This document shows, in pieces, positions 47,145 through 57,572 of a DNA stretch of 64,000 nucleotides. The stretch comes from an uncultured Actinomycetes bacterium (GTDB taxonomy: Bacteria; Actinomycetota; Thermoleophilia; Gaiellales; Gaiellaceae): positions 87,822-151,821 of the forward strand of contig CAVYBK010000001.1 of NCBI GenBank assembly GCA_963766725.1, in the 5' to 3' direction. The notes under the pieces were generated by a model, which made no database searches, had not been told where the DNA came from, and was given only the letters and a program-made list of their open reading frames with translations. Both the position numbers and the translations under genes were made by a program. Numbering within the stretch: position 1 is the stretch's first letter; each line of letters starts with the position of its first letter.

Positions 47145-47348
47145 GTGAGCGAGAAGCACGCTGTCGAGTGCCTCCATTGCGGCACGTTCCGAACCGTCGA
47201 GCGCGAGCGCACCCAGCGTCTCGATCCCGGCGAGTGCGCCAGGTGCGGCTACCTGGGCTGGGCCCTGGTCGCCGACCTCTCAGAGCCTGTACGAAAAGGC
47301 CTCCGGGAGCGCTCTTTCGAGCGCCGCAGGCTGCGCGTCGTCACGTAG
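47145..47348 (+). CDS. hypothetical small zinc-ribbon-like protein (CxxC...CxxC)
   Basis: 67-aa ORF with CLHCG and CARCG pairs. Coding status uncertain. Confidence 0.4.
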   Translation: MSEKHAVECLHCGTFRTVERERTQRLDPGECARCGYLGWALVADLSEPVRKGLRERSFERRRLRVVT

Positions 47349-47363
47349 ATACACTCGCCGGAA

Positions 47364-48699
47364 ATGCGCAGCATCTCCGGCGAAGAAGAGCTCTGGGGCA
47401 CGGAAACCCGCAAGGCTGTCGAAAACTTCCCCGTCTCCGGCGAGCCCATCCCGGCCTCGGTGGCGCGCTGGCTCGGCCGCATCAAAGCCGCAGCGGCGCG
47501 CGTGAATGCCGACCTCGGCCTCCTCGACAGGGAGAAGGCCGACAGGATCGCAGCCGCCGGCGACCGCATCGCGAGCGGCGAGTTCGACGACCAGTTCCCG
47601 ATCGACGTCTTCCAGACCGGGTCGGGCACGTCGTCGAACATGAACGCGAACGAAGTCATCGCCGCGCTCGCCGGGGAGGACGTGCACGCGAACGACGACG
47701 TGAACATGGGCCAGTCCTCGAACGACGTCTTCCCCTCTGCCGTGCATCTCGCCGCGCTCGACGAGCTCGTGAACGGGCTCCTGCCGGCGCTGGGCCAGCT
47801 GGCCGAGGCGCTCGACGGCCAAGGCCAAGGAGTTCGACGATGTCGTCAAGTCGGGCCGGACACACCTGATGGACGCTGTGCCCGTCACACTCGGGCAGGA
47901 GTTCGGCGGCTACGCCGCCCAGGTCCGCCAGGGGAGCGCGCGGGTCGAGGCGGCCCTCGGCCGCGTCGGCCAGATCCCGCTCGGCGGCACCGCGACCGGG
48001 ACCGGCCTGAACACGCATCCCGAGTTCGCGGAGCGCGTGCGGGCGATCCTCGGCGAGCAGACCGGCCTCGGGATCTCCGCCCCGGCCGACCCCTTCGAGG
48101 CGCAGGCCGCCCGCGATGCCCTCGTCGAGGTCTCGGGCGCTCTCAAGACCGTCGCGGTCTCCCTCACCAAGATTGCGAACGACATCCGGCTCATGGGCTC
48201 GGGCCCGCGCGCCGGCCTTGCCGAGATCGCGCTGCCCGAGCTTCAGAAGGGCAGCTCGATCATGCCGGGGAAGGTGAACCCGGTCATCCCCGAAGTCGTG
48301 ACGCAGGTCTCGGCGCAGGTGATCGGGAACGACGCCGCCATCACTGTCGGGGGAATGCAGGGGCACTTCGAGCTGAACGTCTTCGTCCCGCTCCTCGCCC
48401 GCAACCTGCTCCAGTCGATCCGCCTTCTGACGAGCGCATCACGGCTCTTCGCGGAGAAGTGCGTCGAAGGCATCGAGGCGAACCGGGAGACGTGCGAGCG
48501 CTACGCCGAGCTCACTCTTTCCGCTGCAACCGCGCTCAATCCGTACGTCGGCTACGACAAGGCGAGCGAGATCGTCAAGGAGGCGGCGGCGTCCGGCCGC
48601 TCGCTGCGTGACGTAGCCCGGGACGCCGGTGTCGACGAAGACGTGCTACTCAAAGCGCTGGATTACCGCGCCATGGCCAAGCCGCAGGACTCCGGCTAG
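47364..48699 (+). pseudogene. fumC: class II fumarate hydratase, one apparent 1-nt insertion near 47819
   Basis: FQTGSGTSSNMNANEV, GQSSNDVFP, then in the next frame KAKEFDDVVKSGRTHLMDAVP and the GSSIMPGKVNP signature. Length is 1336 nt, i.e. 3n+1. Confidence 0.9.
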
Positions 48700-48800
48700 A
48701 CCGGACGGCTTGACAAGAGGCGGGGAAAATGGATTGATGCCCGCCGGAAACTTTCGGTTTTCGTCCGGACTCAGGGAAACAGGGAAAGGGGAGCCCGCAC

Positions 48801-51800
48801 ATGCACCACCGTCAGTCTCTTGGACGTGCTGCGCTTGCAGCCGTCCTCTTGTCGTTGCTCCTGGTCGTCGCCGCGGCGGCGCCCGGCGCCGGCGGCAGTC
48901 TCCGAAAATCTTCGCGCCCGCAGGCGGTCAAGTCGAAGTCCGACTCCGCCCGCGCAAAGCTCGACAAGGGGCTGCCGCGCCCTCGTCGAGAAGGGCGCCA
49001 CGAAGCGCGTCTTCGTCTACGCAACGGCGAAGAGCGACGCCGCGGCCGACTGCCGCCGCGCTCATGCGCAACGGCCGGTACGCGAATGCGGGCGACATCT
49101 CGCTGGTAGTCGGCTCGCTCCGCGTCGCCGCAGGCGACGAAGCTCGCCGGACTGCCGGGGGTCATCTCGGTGAAGCTGGTCCAGCTGAAGCAGACAGCTT
49201 CTCCGCTCGGGATCCCCGAGCCGAACCTGAACCAGGCACCTTCGAAGTCCTCGCTAGCAGTCGTCCATGAACGACCTGCGGCAGCAAGGAAGTGCCCTAC
49301 TCGGCCGCGCCCGCTCCGCGGGGCGGCAACTTCGACCAGCCTGAAGCAGCTCGGCGTCCTCGACGCGAAGACGCACAAGTTCGCCGACGCCTGGAACCAG
49401 GGCTTCGCCGGCGAAGGCACGACCGTCAGCATCCTCGACGGCGGCACGGACTGGGCGCATCCCGATCTTCTGAACACGTGGCAGACGTGGTCGGGCGCGA
49501 CGGACAGCGATCGTCACCGACGACGGCTGGAACGGGTGGCCGAAGGCCTTCGACCCGTACGACACGCTGGTCTGGCTCCTCGCCCCGGACTTCGTCGACC
49601 AGGGGCTCACCTGGTACACGCCGACGACGGCGAAGAGCTCGTTCACCCAGAACTCTCAGGACAAGAAGGCGAATCTTCTGCGCGTCAGCTTCGCGACGCG
49701 CGTCGGCCCGTCGCGCAACTTCAGCGCGCCGGACGCGACGGCCTCGCACTCCTACACGTTCCCGAAGGCCTGGACGAAGTCCGGGACCGTCCGCATGGCG
49801 AGCCATCCGGACGACCATCTGCTCCAGCTCTTCGGCGAGCGCCCTGCGATTCTCGTCACCGACCCGAACACGGCGGGCGTCTACGACACGGTCTACGTCG
49901 ACCTCGACGACGACTACCAGTTCGGCGACGAGAAGCCGGTCACGAAGGCATCGCCGGCGTCGTACCGCGACATGAACGGGGACGGCTACAACGACCTCTC
50001 GGGTGGCCTTCTCTACTTCATCTCGGACGGCGAGACGGCTCTGCCGGGCGGCATCATGCGCTTCACGGACGGCTCGCAGGAGTTCCGTGACGCGTTCACG
50101 TTCGGCCCGGGCGAGATGCTCGCCTGGACCGGCGACTACGACCCCGGCGATCGAGGGGCACGGGACGCTCACCGCGTCCAACGTCCTCGGCCAGGGCGTC
50201 GTCAACGGCCTCGCGCCGTGCTTCGCCGACCTCGCCGGCCGGCCGGGCGCACAGCCCTGCTCGGGCGGCGGAACGTATCCTGGCGCCGTCATCGGCGGCG
50301 CGCCGAAGGCGAAGGGTGCTCCGTTCGGAGACATCTACTTCTCCTTCGAGTTCTCCACGCAGTTCGGCTACCTGCTCGCCACGAGGCACGGGATCGACGT
50401 GACGTCGAACTCCTACGGCTCCTCCGGCGGCCGACAACGACGGCTACGACGCGGCGAGCCAGGAAGCCGACCTCATCTACAACGGCACGCGCACGACCCC
50501 GGTCTTCTCGACGGGCAACGGCGCGCCCGGCTTCGGCACGGCCACCGCGCCGCAGCCTCTGGCCGGCATCGCGGTCGGCGCCTCCACGCAGTTCGGCGGC
50601 ACCGGCTGGGACTCGATCAAGAACGAGAGCCAGATCACTGACAACGACGTCATGGTCTGGTCGAACCGCGGGCCGCAGGCCACCGGTGGCAACGGCGTCG
50701 ACGTCGTCGCCGACGGTGCCTTCTCGCCCGGCGACCTGACCCTGAACTCGGCCCTCGACGGCCGCATCGCCTGGGAGACGTGGGGCGGTACGAGCCGCTC
50801 GACCCCGGTGACGGTCGCCGCGACTGCGCTCGTCTACCAGGCGTGGCGTCAGTCGCACGGCGGTACGATCCCGGCCGAACTTCTTCACGACCGCGAAGCG
50901 GCATCGTGAAGTCGTCCGCCCAGGATCTCGGCTACGAGAGCTGGATCCAGGGCAGCGGTTCAGTGGATGCGGGCCGGGCCGTCCGGGTCGCCTCCGGGAC
51001 CGACGCGTTCGTCGCCCCGGACAACTGGCGCCCCGGCAACTACCGCGGGACCGAGTACCCGGTCTTCACCCGGACGCTCTCCCCCGGGCAGAGCGACTCG
51101 CAGGCGTTCACGGTCAACGGGCCGGGGACGTGGACGGTCTCCGACCGCTACATGAAGCGGACGGCGTCCCAGTCCATGTCGTTTACGAGCTCCAACCTGA
51201 ACAAGGAGTCCACGTACAACTTCAACGCGCCGGATTACCTCGTCGACCTCACGTCGCTGGTGCAGTCGCACCCGGACGCCGACCTGATGGTCGTGAGGGC
51301 GAACTATCCGCGCAACGAGTTCGATCCCAACGGGGACTACACGGCCGACCAGGCCTGGCGTCTCCTCACCTACAACTGGACCGACGTCAGAACGGCGACG
51401 GCAACCTCTGGACGGATGCCGACGGCGACGGCGTCGTCGACCACACCGTGCTCTCGAAGAGCTCGAAGATCGACGGCGATCTCGACCTGAACTTCGCCGG
51501 GTCCGAGATGGACAAGGGCGAGTACATCCGCTTCATGTACCACCGGGCAGGCTCGAACACGCTTCAGTCGTTCGTCCGCGACCCGGCGGCACGCACGGCG
51601 GACGGCATCTTCCTCGGCCTGCAGCACAGCGAAAGGACGAAGGCGATTCCGGTCACGCACTTCAAGATCCGGATCGACTTCTACGACAACGTCGACTGGC
51701 CGTGGGTGACCACGACCCCGGTCGCGGGCGGTGCGTTCACGGCGACGATGAACGTCCCGGCCGACGCTCCGTACGGCATGTACGACGGCGCGGTCGTCCT

Positions 51801-52973
51801 GAACGGCGGCGGCGAGAACATCGTCGTGCCCGGTCTCGGTCACCGTCGGCGCGACCGCCACGCAGGACGCGGACGGCAAGCTCACAGGCCAGCTCCACTT
51901 CGGTGGCGCGGACACGGCGGCGAGCCAGTCCGACCTGCTCTACAACAACGGCTCCTTCTTCGGAGCCAACGACTGGACGTGGCGAGAGGAGTCGGGCGAC
52001 TGGCGCTTCTACTACGTCGACGTCCCCGACGAGCCGGCTGAGGGCTCGCGTCTTCCTCAGCGACACGACGTGGGACGACGCTGCGCCGTACACCGACCTC
52101 GACACGCTCGTGTTCGGTCCCTCGGCCAACTCGTACCAGCTGCTCGGCGGATCGGCTCCGTTCGGCGGGCCGTACATCCTCGACACGGTGGGCGCGAGCG
52201 CACGGGCCTATCTGGGCTCGGGCACGTGGGCGTTCAACACCGCCACGGGCGGCGCCGAGGACGTCGTGACGGCACCGGTGCAGGAAGGCCTGCACGCGGT
52301 CGTCCAGCACGGCGTCAGCTACGACGGCGGCAAGTTCGACGTTCCGTTCGAGACGACGCTCGGCTCTGCCGTCGTCAACCCGACGGAGGTCGAGCAGACC
52401 GTCTCCGGCGACAGCGGCTCGTTCGACGTCACGTTCGAGTCGACGGTCGACCTCTCCGGCCTCGACGCCGAGGGCTTCGGCCTCAGCCAGCCGGTGACCA
52501 GCACCGAGACGGCTCACCAGGACGACCCGAACGACCCGGCGACGGCGAGCGTGAAGAAGACGTTCACGATCGCGCACGCGTCGCGGGCCACGTTCGAGGT
52601 GCACCTGCCGAGCAACGACATCGACCTCTACGTCCTCAAGGACGGCCAGGTGATCGGCTCCTCGACCAGCGCGACCGGCGACGAGTCCGTGACCCTGATC
52701 CGGCCCGCCGACGGCACGTACGAGGTGTGGGTGCACGGGTTCTCCGTGGCAGGCACCCCGACCTTCCCGCTCACGTTCGACGCGGTGCAGGGTTCGGATC
52801 TGTCGGTGAGCGGAGTCCCGTCCGGAGCGGTTCCCGCCGGCACGCCGGTGACGCTCCACGTGGACTTCGCCAAGTCCATGACCTCCGGTCAGGACTACTT
52901 CGGCGAGCTCCTGCTCGGGCCGGACAGCGCTCCGACTGCGCTGCACGTCCCGATCACGATCCACCGCAACTAG
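48801..52973 (+). pseudogene. large secreted S8 (subtilisin-family, pyrolysin/TPPII-like) peptidase with PPC-type C-terminal domain, about 14 frame changes as given
   Basis: Signal peptide at 48801. Catalytic Asp (SILDGGTD, about 49430), His (GHGTLTAS, about 50160) and Ser (GGTSRSTP, about 50790). Conserved sequence is only recoverable by hopping between all three frames. The last 930 nt are intact. Confidence 0.8.
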
Positions 52974-52996
52974 CAAGCACGACAAGCGAGTGACGA

Positions 52997-53026
52997 GAAG
53001 GCCGCCTCCGGGCGGCCTTCTCTTTT
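52997..53026 (+). terminator. intrinsic terminator after the S8 peptidase gene
   Basis: GAAGGCCGCC-tccg-GGCGGCCTTC perfect 10-bp stem followed by TCTTTT. Confidence 0.65.
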
Positions 53027-53065
53027 GGGGAGGAGAGTCGCGGAAGCGGCAGAAAACGTGCTGGC

Positions 53066-53413
53066 GTGACGACTGTTACGAGACCGCTCGTGCTCGCGGC
53101 GGTGGTTCTGGCCGCGTTTGTCTTCCTCTATCCGCAGGTGCGCGACCGCCTGCCCGAAACGCTGCGCTACGAGCGCTCATCGGCCGCGCAGAGCTCGTCG
53201 CAGCTTTCGCCGTCCGAGTTCGACCAGATCGACTCCTATTTCACGCCGGACCGCCTCGGCAGCTTCGCCGGCGAGCCTGCGACGAAGACCAACGCGTCGG
53301 TCGAGGGCGTCGCCCTCGAGTGCTGGTACTACGGCGTCGCCGGAGCGCGCGGCGCGTACCAGATCTGCTTCGAGAACGGGAAGCTCAGCACCAAGGCCCG
53401 CTTCGGTCAGTAG
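53066..53413 (+). CDS. hypothetical membrane-anchored or secreted protein
   Basis: 115-aa ORF with an N-terminal hydrophobic helix. No motif recognised. Confidence 0.45.
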   Translation: MTTVTRPLVLAAVVLAAFVFLYPQVRDRLPETLRYERSSAAQSSSQLSPSEFDQIDSYFTPDRLGSFAGEPATKTNASVEGVALECWYYGVAGARGAYQICFENGKLSTKARFGQ

Positions 53414-54327
53414 GCGACGGCGCCGCGGCCCGTCTCGGCCGCATGGCGCTGCTCGTCCGCCCGGTAGGACGAGCGCACGAGAGGGCCTGAGAAGACCGAG
53501 CCGAACCCGAGCTCTTCGCCCTGCTCGCGAAACCAGCGGAACTCGTCCGGGTGCACCCAGCGGTCGATCTGCGTGTGCTTCGAGGACGGCTGTAGGTACT
53601 GGCCGATCGTGACGACGTCGACGCCGTGCTCGCGCAGGTCGCGCATTGTCTCGACGACCTCGTCGTTCGTCTCGCCGAGGCCGACGATGATCCCCGACTT
53701 GGTCAGCACGGGGTAGTCGGCGAGCTCCTTCGCCCGGGCGAGAAGCCAGAGCGCCTTGTCGTAGGAGGCCTTCGCGCCGCGCATGCGCCGGTGGAGCCGT
53801 CGCACGGTCTCGATGTTGTGGTTGAAGACCTCGGGCCGGGCGGCGAGCACCGTGCGCAGCGCCTCCTCCTCGACTCCGAGGAAGTCGGGCGTGAGCACCT
53901 CGACGGAAGCCTCCGGCACCTTGTTCTTGAGCGCGCGGATCGTCGCCGCATAGTGGCCGGCGCCGCGATCCGGTACGTCGTCCCGGTCGACGGAGGTGAC
54001 GACGACGTGCTTCAGCCCCATCTGCGCGGCGGTCTGGGCGAGGCGCAAGGGCTCGAGCGGATCCGGCGGATGCTCCGGCTTCCCCGAGTTGACGTAGCAG
54101 TAGCGACAGGCGCGCGTGCACGTGTCGCCGAGGATCTGGAAGGTCGCCGTCCCGCGTCCCCAGCACTCGGAGATGTTCGGGCAGCGGGCTTCCTCGCAGA
54201 TCGTGTGCAGGCTCTGCCCGTGAATGAGGTCTCGCACCTCGAAGTAGCGCGAGTCTGCGCTCGGCGCGCGCACCTTCATCCACTCGGGGCGGCGCGGCCT
54301 CTGTGCGACGGGCAGGGAACGCTCCAT
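53407..54327 (-). CDS. lipA: lipoyl synthase
   Basis: CEEARCPN auxiliary cluster, radical-SAM CTRACRYC, TSVDRDD. Confidence 0.95.
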   Translation of the reverse strand: MERSLPVAQRPRRPEWMKVRAPSADSRYFEVRDLIHGQSLHTICEEARCPNISECWGRGTATFQILGDTCTRACRYCYVNSGKPEHPPDPLEPLRLAQTAAQMGLKHVVVTSVDRDDVPDRGAGHYAATIRALKNKVPEASVEVLTPDFLGVEEEALRTVLAARPEVFNHNIETVRRLHRRMRGAKASYDKALWLLARAKELADYPVLTKSGIIVGLGETNDEVVETMRDLREHGVDVVTIGQYLQPSSKHTQIDRWVHPDEFRWFREQGEELGFGSVFSGPLVRSSYRADEQRHAAETGRGAVAY

Positions 54328-54333
54328 CTCTCT

Positions 54334-54340
54334 TAGTCTA
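54334..54340. promoter_or_regulatory. shared palindromic -10 region (TAGTCTA) of divergent leaderless lipA and cupin genes
   Basis: tagtct lies 7 nt upstream of ATG 54347 (plus). tagact lies 7 nt upstream of ATG 54327 (minus). The intergenic spacer is only 19 nt. Confidence 0.45.
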
Positions 54341-54346
54341 TGGACG

Positions 54347-54883
54347 ATGGTGCCCGAAGCCCCGCTCGAGGACACCGGCGAAGGGGTCGTCCCCGCCGGT
54401 GAGGGCTGGTTCGTCCTGAACACGAAGGACGCGCGCTGGCGCGACGATGGCCCGCTCGGGAAGCTCACGTTCTTCGAGGGCACCGGAGAGTTCTGGGAGA
54501 TCGGCTTCAACGTGGGCGTCCTCGAGCCCGGGCATCCCATGGCGATGTACCACTACGAGACCGACCAGGAGGATTTCCTCGTCCTGTCCGGCGAGGCGCT
54601 CCTCATCGTCGAAGGCGAGGAGCGCCCGCTCCGTGCCTGGGACTTCGTCCACTGCCCGCCCGGGACGGATCACATCATCGTCGGCGCCGGGACCGGGCCC
54701 TGTGTCGTCGTCTCCACCGGCTCGAGGGTCAACGCGGAGGGAGACTGGGGCGGCTACACCGTCGACGAGACCGCACTCCGGCACGGGGCGGGCGTCGAGA
54801 CCGCGACCAAGGATCCCAAGGAGGCGTATGCGCCCTTCCCGGAGCGGCGCTTCACGCGTTATCAGGAGGGTTGGCTGCCGTGA
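54347..54883 (+). CDS. cupin domain protein
   Basis: GFNVGVLEPG....YH.E..QEDFLVLSGE..L.VEGEE..L..WDF.HCP.GT.H beta-barrel pattern. Confidence 0.7.
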   Translation: MVPEAPLEDTGEGVVPAGEGWFVLNTKDARWRDDGPLGKLTFFEGTGEFWEIGFNVGVLEPGHPMAMYHYETDQEDFLVLSGEALLIVEGEERPLRAWDFVHCPPGTDHIIVGAGTGPCVVVSTGSRVNAEGDWGGYTVDETALRHGAGVETATKDPKEAYAPFPERRFTRYQEGWLP

Positions 54884-55424
54884 CCGGGGTTCCCGAGGCG
54901 CCGCTCGACCGCACGGAGAACGGGCTGCAGGCGGCCGGAGACGGCTGGTTCGTCGTCAATGCCCGCGATGCCGTCTGGGGCGAGTCGGAGACGATGGGCG
55001 TCTTCACGCGCCTCGGTGAGAGCAAGGCTGCTCGTTTTCCGCAGCTCGGCTTCAACATCGGCGTCCTCTGGCCCGGCCAGCCGGCCTGCATGTATCACCG
55101 TGAGCCGAACCAGGAGGGCTTCCTCGTCCTCTCCGGCGAGTGCATCCTCCTCGTCGAGGGTCGAGCAGCGGCAGATGAAGCAGTGGGACTACTTCCACTG
55201 CCCGGCGGACACCGACCATCTTCTGATCGCGAGCGGAGACGAGCCCTGCGTCGCCGTCGCGGTCGGGTCGCGGGCGAGTCGGGATGTCGTCTATCCGGTG
55301 TCCGAGCTCGCCCGGAAGTACGGGGGTTCGGTCGAGAAGTGAAACCGCGGATCCAGAAGAGGCCTACGAGGGCCTCACCGTCGAGGACACGGCCTACAAG
55401 GACGGCTGGCTCCCGGATCTCTAG
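54880..55424 (+). pseudogene. cupin domain protein, tandem paralog, two apparent 1-nt insertions (about 55160 and 55340)
   Basis: Collinear with the upstream cupin only when read across three frames (GFNIGVLWPG...LLVEG | EQRQMKQWDYFHCPADTDH...SVEK | ETADPEEAYEG...DGWLPDL*). Confidence 0.6.
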
Positions 55425-56131
55425 CGCGTCGAAAGCGTGGCGTGGACGGGCTGGGCCCAGAGGCCCGCGCCGTCTTCCGCCGGTAGCTCCGACAGCTCGA
55501 GATCGAAGACCTCCGCGAGGGCAGCCGCCGCGTGCGGCCGCACCTCGTCCACGGTCACCTCGCGCCCGAGCTCGCGGGCGAGCGTTGTGAAGGCCGCGTC
55601 CTCGAGCCCGCACGCGGTGATCCAGTCCGTGAAGGGAGCGGGGTCGAGGTCGACGTTCAGCGCGTAGCCGTGCGTGGTCACCCAGCGCGAGATGTGGACG
55701 CCGATCGAGCAGAGCTTCCGCGGCGGGCGCTCGAGCCACACGCCGGTGAGGCCCTCGATCCTCGTCGCTTCGACGTCGAAGGCTGCGGCGGTGCGGATGA
55801 CCGACTCCTCCAGGTCGCGGCAGTAACGCTTGACGTCGCGCCCGTGGCGGTTGAGGTCGAGGATCGGGTAGCAGACGAGCTGGCCGGGCCCGTGGAAGGT
55901 CGACTTGCCGCCGCGATCGGTCTCGACGACCTCCACCGCGGCGCCCTCGGGCACGTGCAGCTCCTCCTCGTCCGTGCGCCGGCCGAGCGTGACGACAGGC
56001 GGGTGCTCGAGCATGATCACCGTGTCCGGGACCGCGTCCTGCGAGACGGCCGCGGCGATGGAGCGCTGGAGATCCCAGGCCTCCCGGTAGGGCGTCAGGC
56101 CGAGGTTCAGCAGGTAGCCCGGCCGGGACAC
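55421..56131 (-). CDS. lipB: lipoyl(octanoyl) transferase
   Basis: LEHPPV.TLGR, RGG..T.HGPGQLV.YP, K...IGV catalytic Lys/Cys region. Confidence 0.9.
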   Translation of the reverse strand: MSRPGYLLNLGLTPYREAWDLQRSIAAAVSQDAVPDTVIMLEHPPVVTLGRRTDEEELHVPEGAAVEVVETDRGGKSTFHGPGQLVCYPILDLNRHGRDVKRYCRDLEESVIRTAAAFDVEATRIEGLTGVWLERPPRKLCSIGVHISRWVTTHGYALNVDLDPAPFTDWITACGLEDAAFTTLARELGREVTVDEVRPHAAAALAEVFDLELSELPAEDGAGLWAQPVHATLSTR

Positions 56132-56132
56132 G

Positions 56133-57561
56133 CTATTCCGTTGATTCGTCCCAGGACTGCAGGCGCTCGCGGAGGTCGCGCAGGAAGCGGCCGGCGAGGG
56201 CTCCGTCCACCAGGCGATGGTCGTACGTGAGCGTGAGGTTCATCATCGAGCGGATCGCGATCGCGTCCTGGCCGTCCTCGTCCTGGACCACCCAGGGCCG
56301 CTTGACGACCGCGTAGGTCCCGAGGATCGCCGCCTGGGGCTGGCTGATCACGGGGGTGCCGTGGAAGGTGCCGTAGCCGCCGGGATTGGTGATCGTGAAG
56401 GTGCCGCCCTGGACGTCGTCCGGAAGGAGCTGCTTCGACCGCGCGCGCTCGGCCATGTCGGCGATCGCCTTCGCCATCCCGAGCAGGTTCAGAGTCTCCG
56501 CGTTGCGGACGACCGGGACGATGAGGCCCTTTCCGTCCGTGAGCTCTACCGCAAATCCGAGGTTGACGTAGTTCCGGGTGACGATCGAGTCGCCGCGGAG
56601 CTCGCCGTTGATCCACGGGTAGTCCTTCAGCGTGTCGACGACGGCGCGCGCGACGAAAGCGAGGAAGGTCGGATTGACGCCGTACGAGCCCGCCCAATCC
56701 TTCTTCAGCTTCTGCCTGAGCGCAGCGATCTTCGTCATGTCGACTTCGATGGAGCTCGTCACGTGTGCGGAGGTGTCGAGGGAGCGGCGCATGTGCTCGG
56801 CGATGCCCTTGCGCATCGCGCTCATCGGCTCGACGGTCTCGCCCTCCTGGGCCTGTGCGGCGGGAGCCGCCTGCGGAGCCGCGGCGGGCGCAGGTGCCGA
56901 TGGCGCCTCCTCGAGCCGGGGCTTCGGCCGGCGCTGGAGCCTGCCCGGCCTGGCCGGACTCGATGTAGCCGAGGATGTCCTTCTTCGTAACGCGGCCGCC
57001 ACGGCCGGTGCCCTCGACGCTCCCGACGTCGACGTTGTGCTCGGCCGCGATCCGCGCGACTACCGGGGAGACGAACTTCGCCTCTCGACGGCCGTTGTCG
57101 TCCTCAGCCGTTGGCGCCGCGGGTGCCGCGGGGGCAGCTGCCGGCGGTTCCGGCGCGGCTTCGTGCTCGGGCTCGGGCTCGGGGGCGGGCGCCTCCACGG
57201 CCTTCGCGGCCGCCGGGCCCTCGCCCTCGGCGCCGGAAGCCGCCTCGGCTTCCTGAGCGGCCTCCTGGGTCGGCGGCTCCGGCGGAGCCTCGGCCTCGAC
57301 CTCGGCGCCCTCGGGGGCGATGACCGCGATCTTCGTCCCGACAGCGACCGTCTCTCCCTCCTGGGCGAGGATCTGCTGGAGGACTCCGTTCGCCGGGCTC
57401 GGCACCTCCGTGTCGACCTTGTCCGTCGAGATCTCGAGCAGCGACTCGTCCGCGGCGATCGCCTCGCCCTCGGACTTGAGCCACTTCGTGATCGTGCCCT
57501 CCGAGACGGAGACGCCCATCTGGGGCATGACGACGTCGACTGCGGTTCCGGTGGTTGCCAT
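56133..57561 (-). pseudogene. 2-oxoacid dehydrogenase E2 (dihydrolipoamide acyltransferase), one apparent 1-nt insertion in the Ala/Pro linker near 56910
   Basis: N-terminal lipoyl domain (EISTDKVDTEVPSP), a PSBD (VSPVVARIAAEHNVD), then in another frame the catalytic domain ending LTYDHRLVDGA. Length is 1429 nt, i.e. 3n+1. Confidence 0.85.
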
Positions 57562-57572
57562 CAGTGAGCCAC

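Noticed and set aside
48700-48800. A structured 100-nt leader upstream of the S8 peptidase: nested inverted repeats ACCGGACG...CGTCCGG and GGCGGG...CCCGCC, a TTGACA box and a CCGGAAACTTTCGGTTTT hairpin.
   Set aside because: It matches no riboswitch or attenuator consensus I can recognise. It is equally compatible with a weak fumC terminator plus a promoter. There is not enough signal to call.
57100-57310. Repetitive GC-rich DNA that looks like tandem repeats.
   Set aside because: It is the Ala/Pro/Glu-rich inter-domain linker of the E2 acyltransferase, i.e. low-complexity coding sequence. It is not a repeat array or CRISPR.
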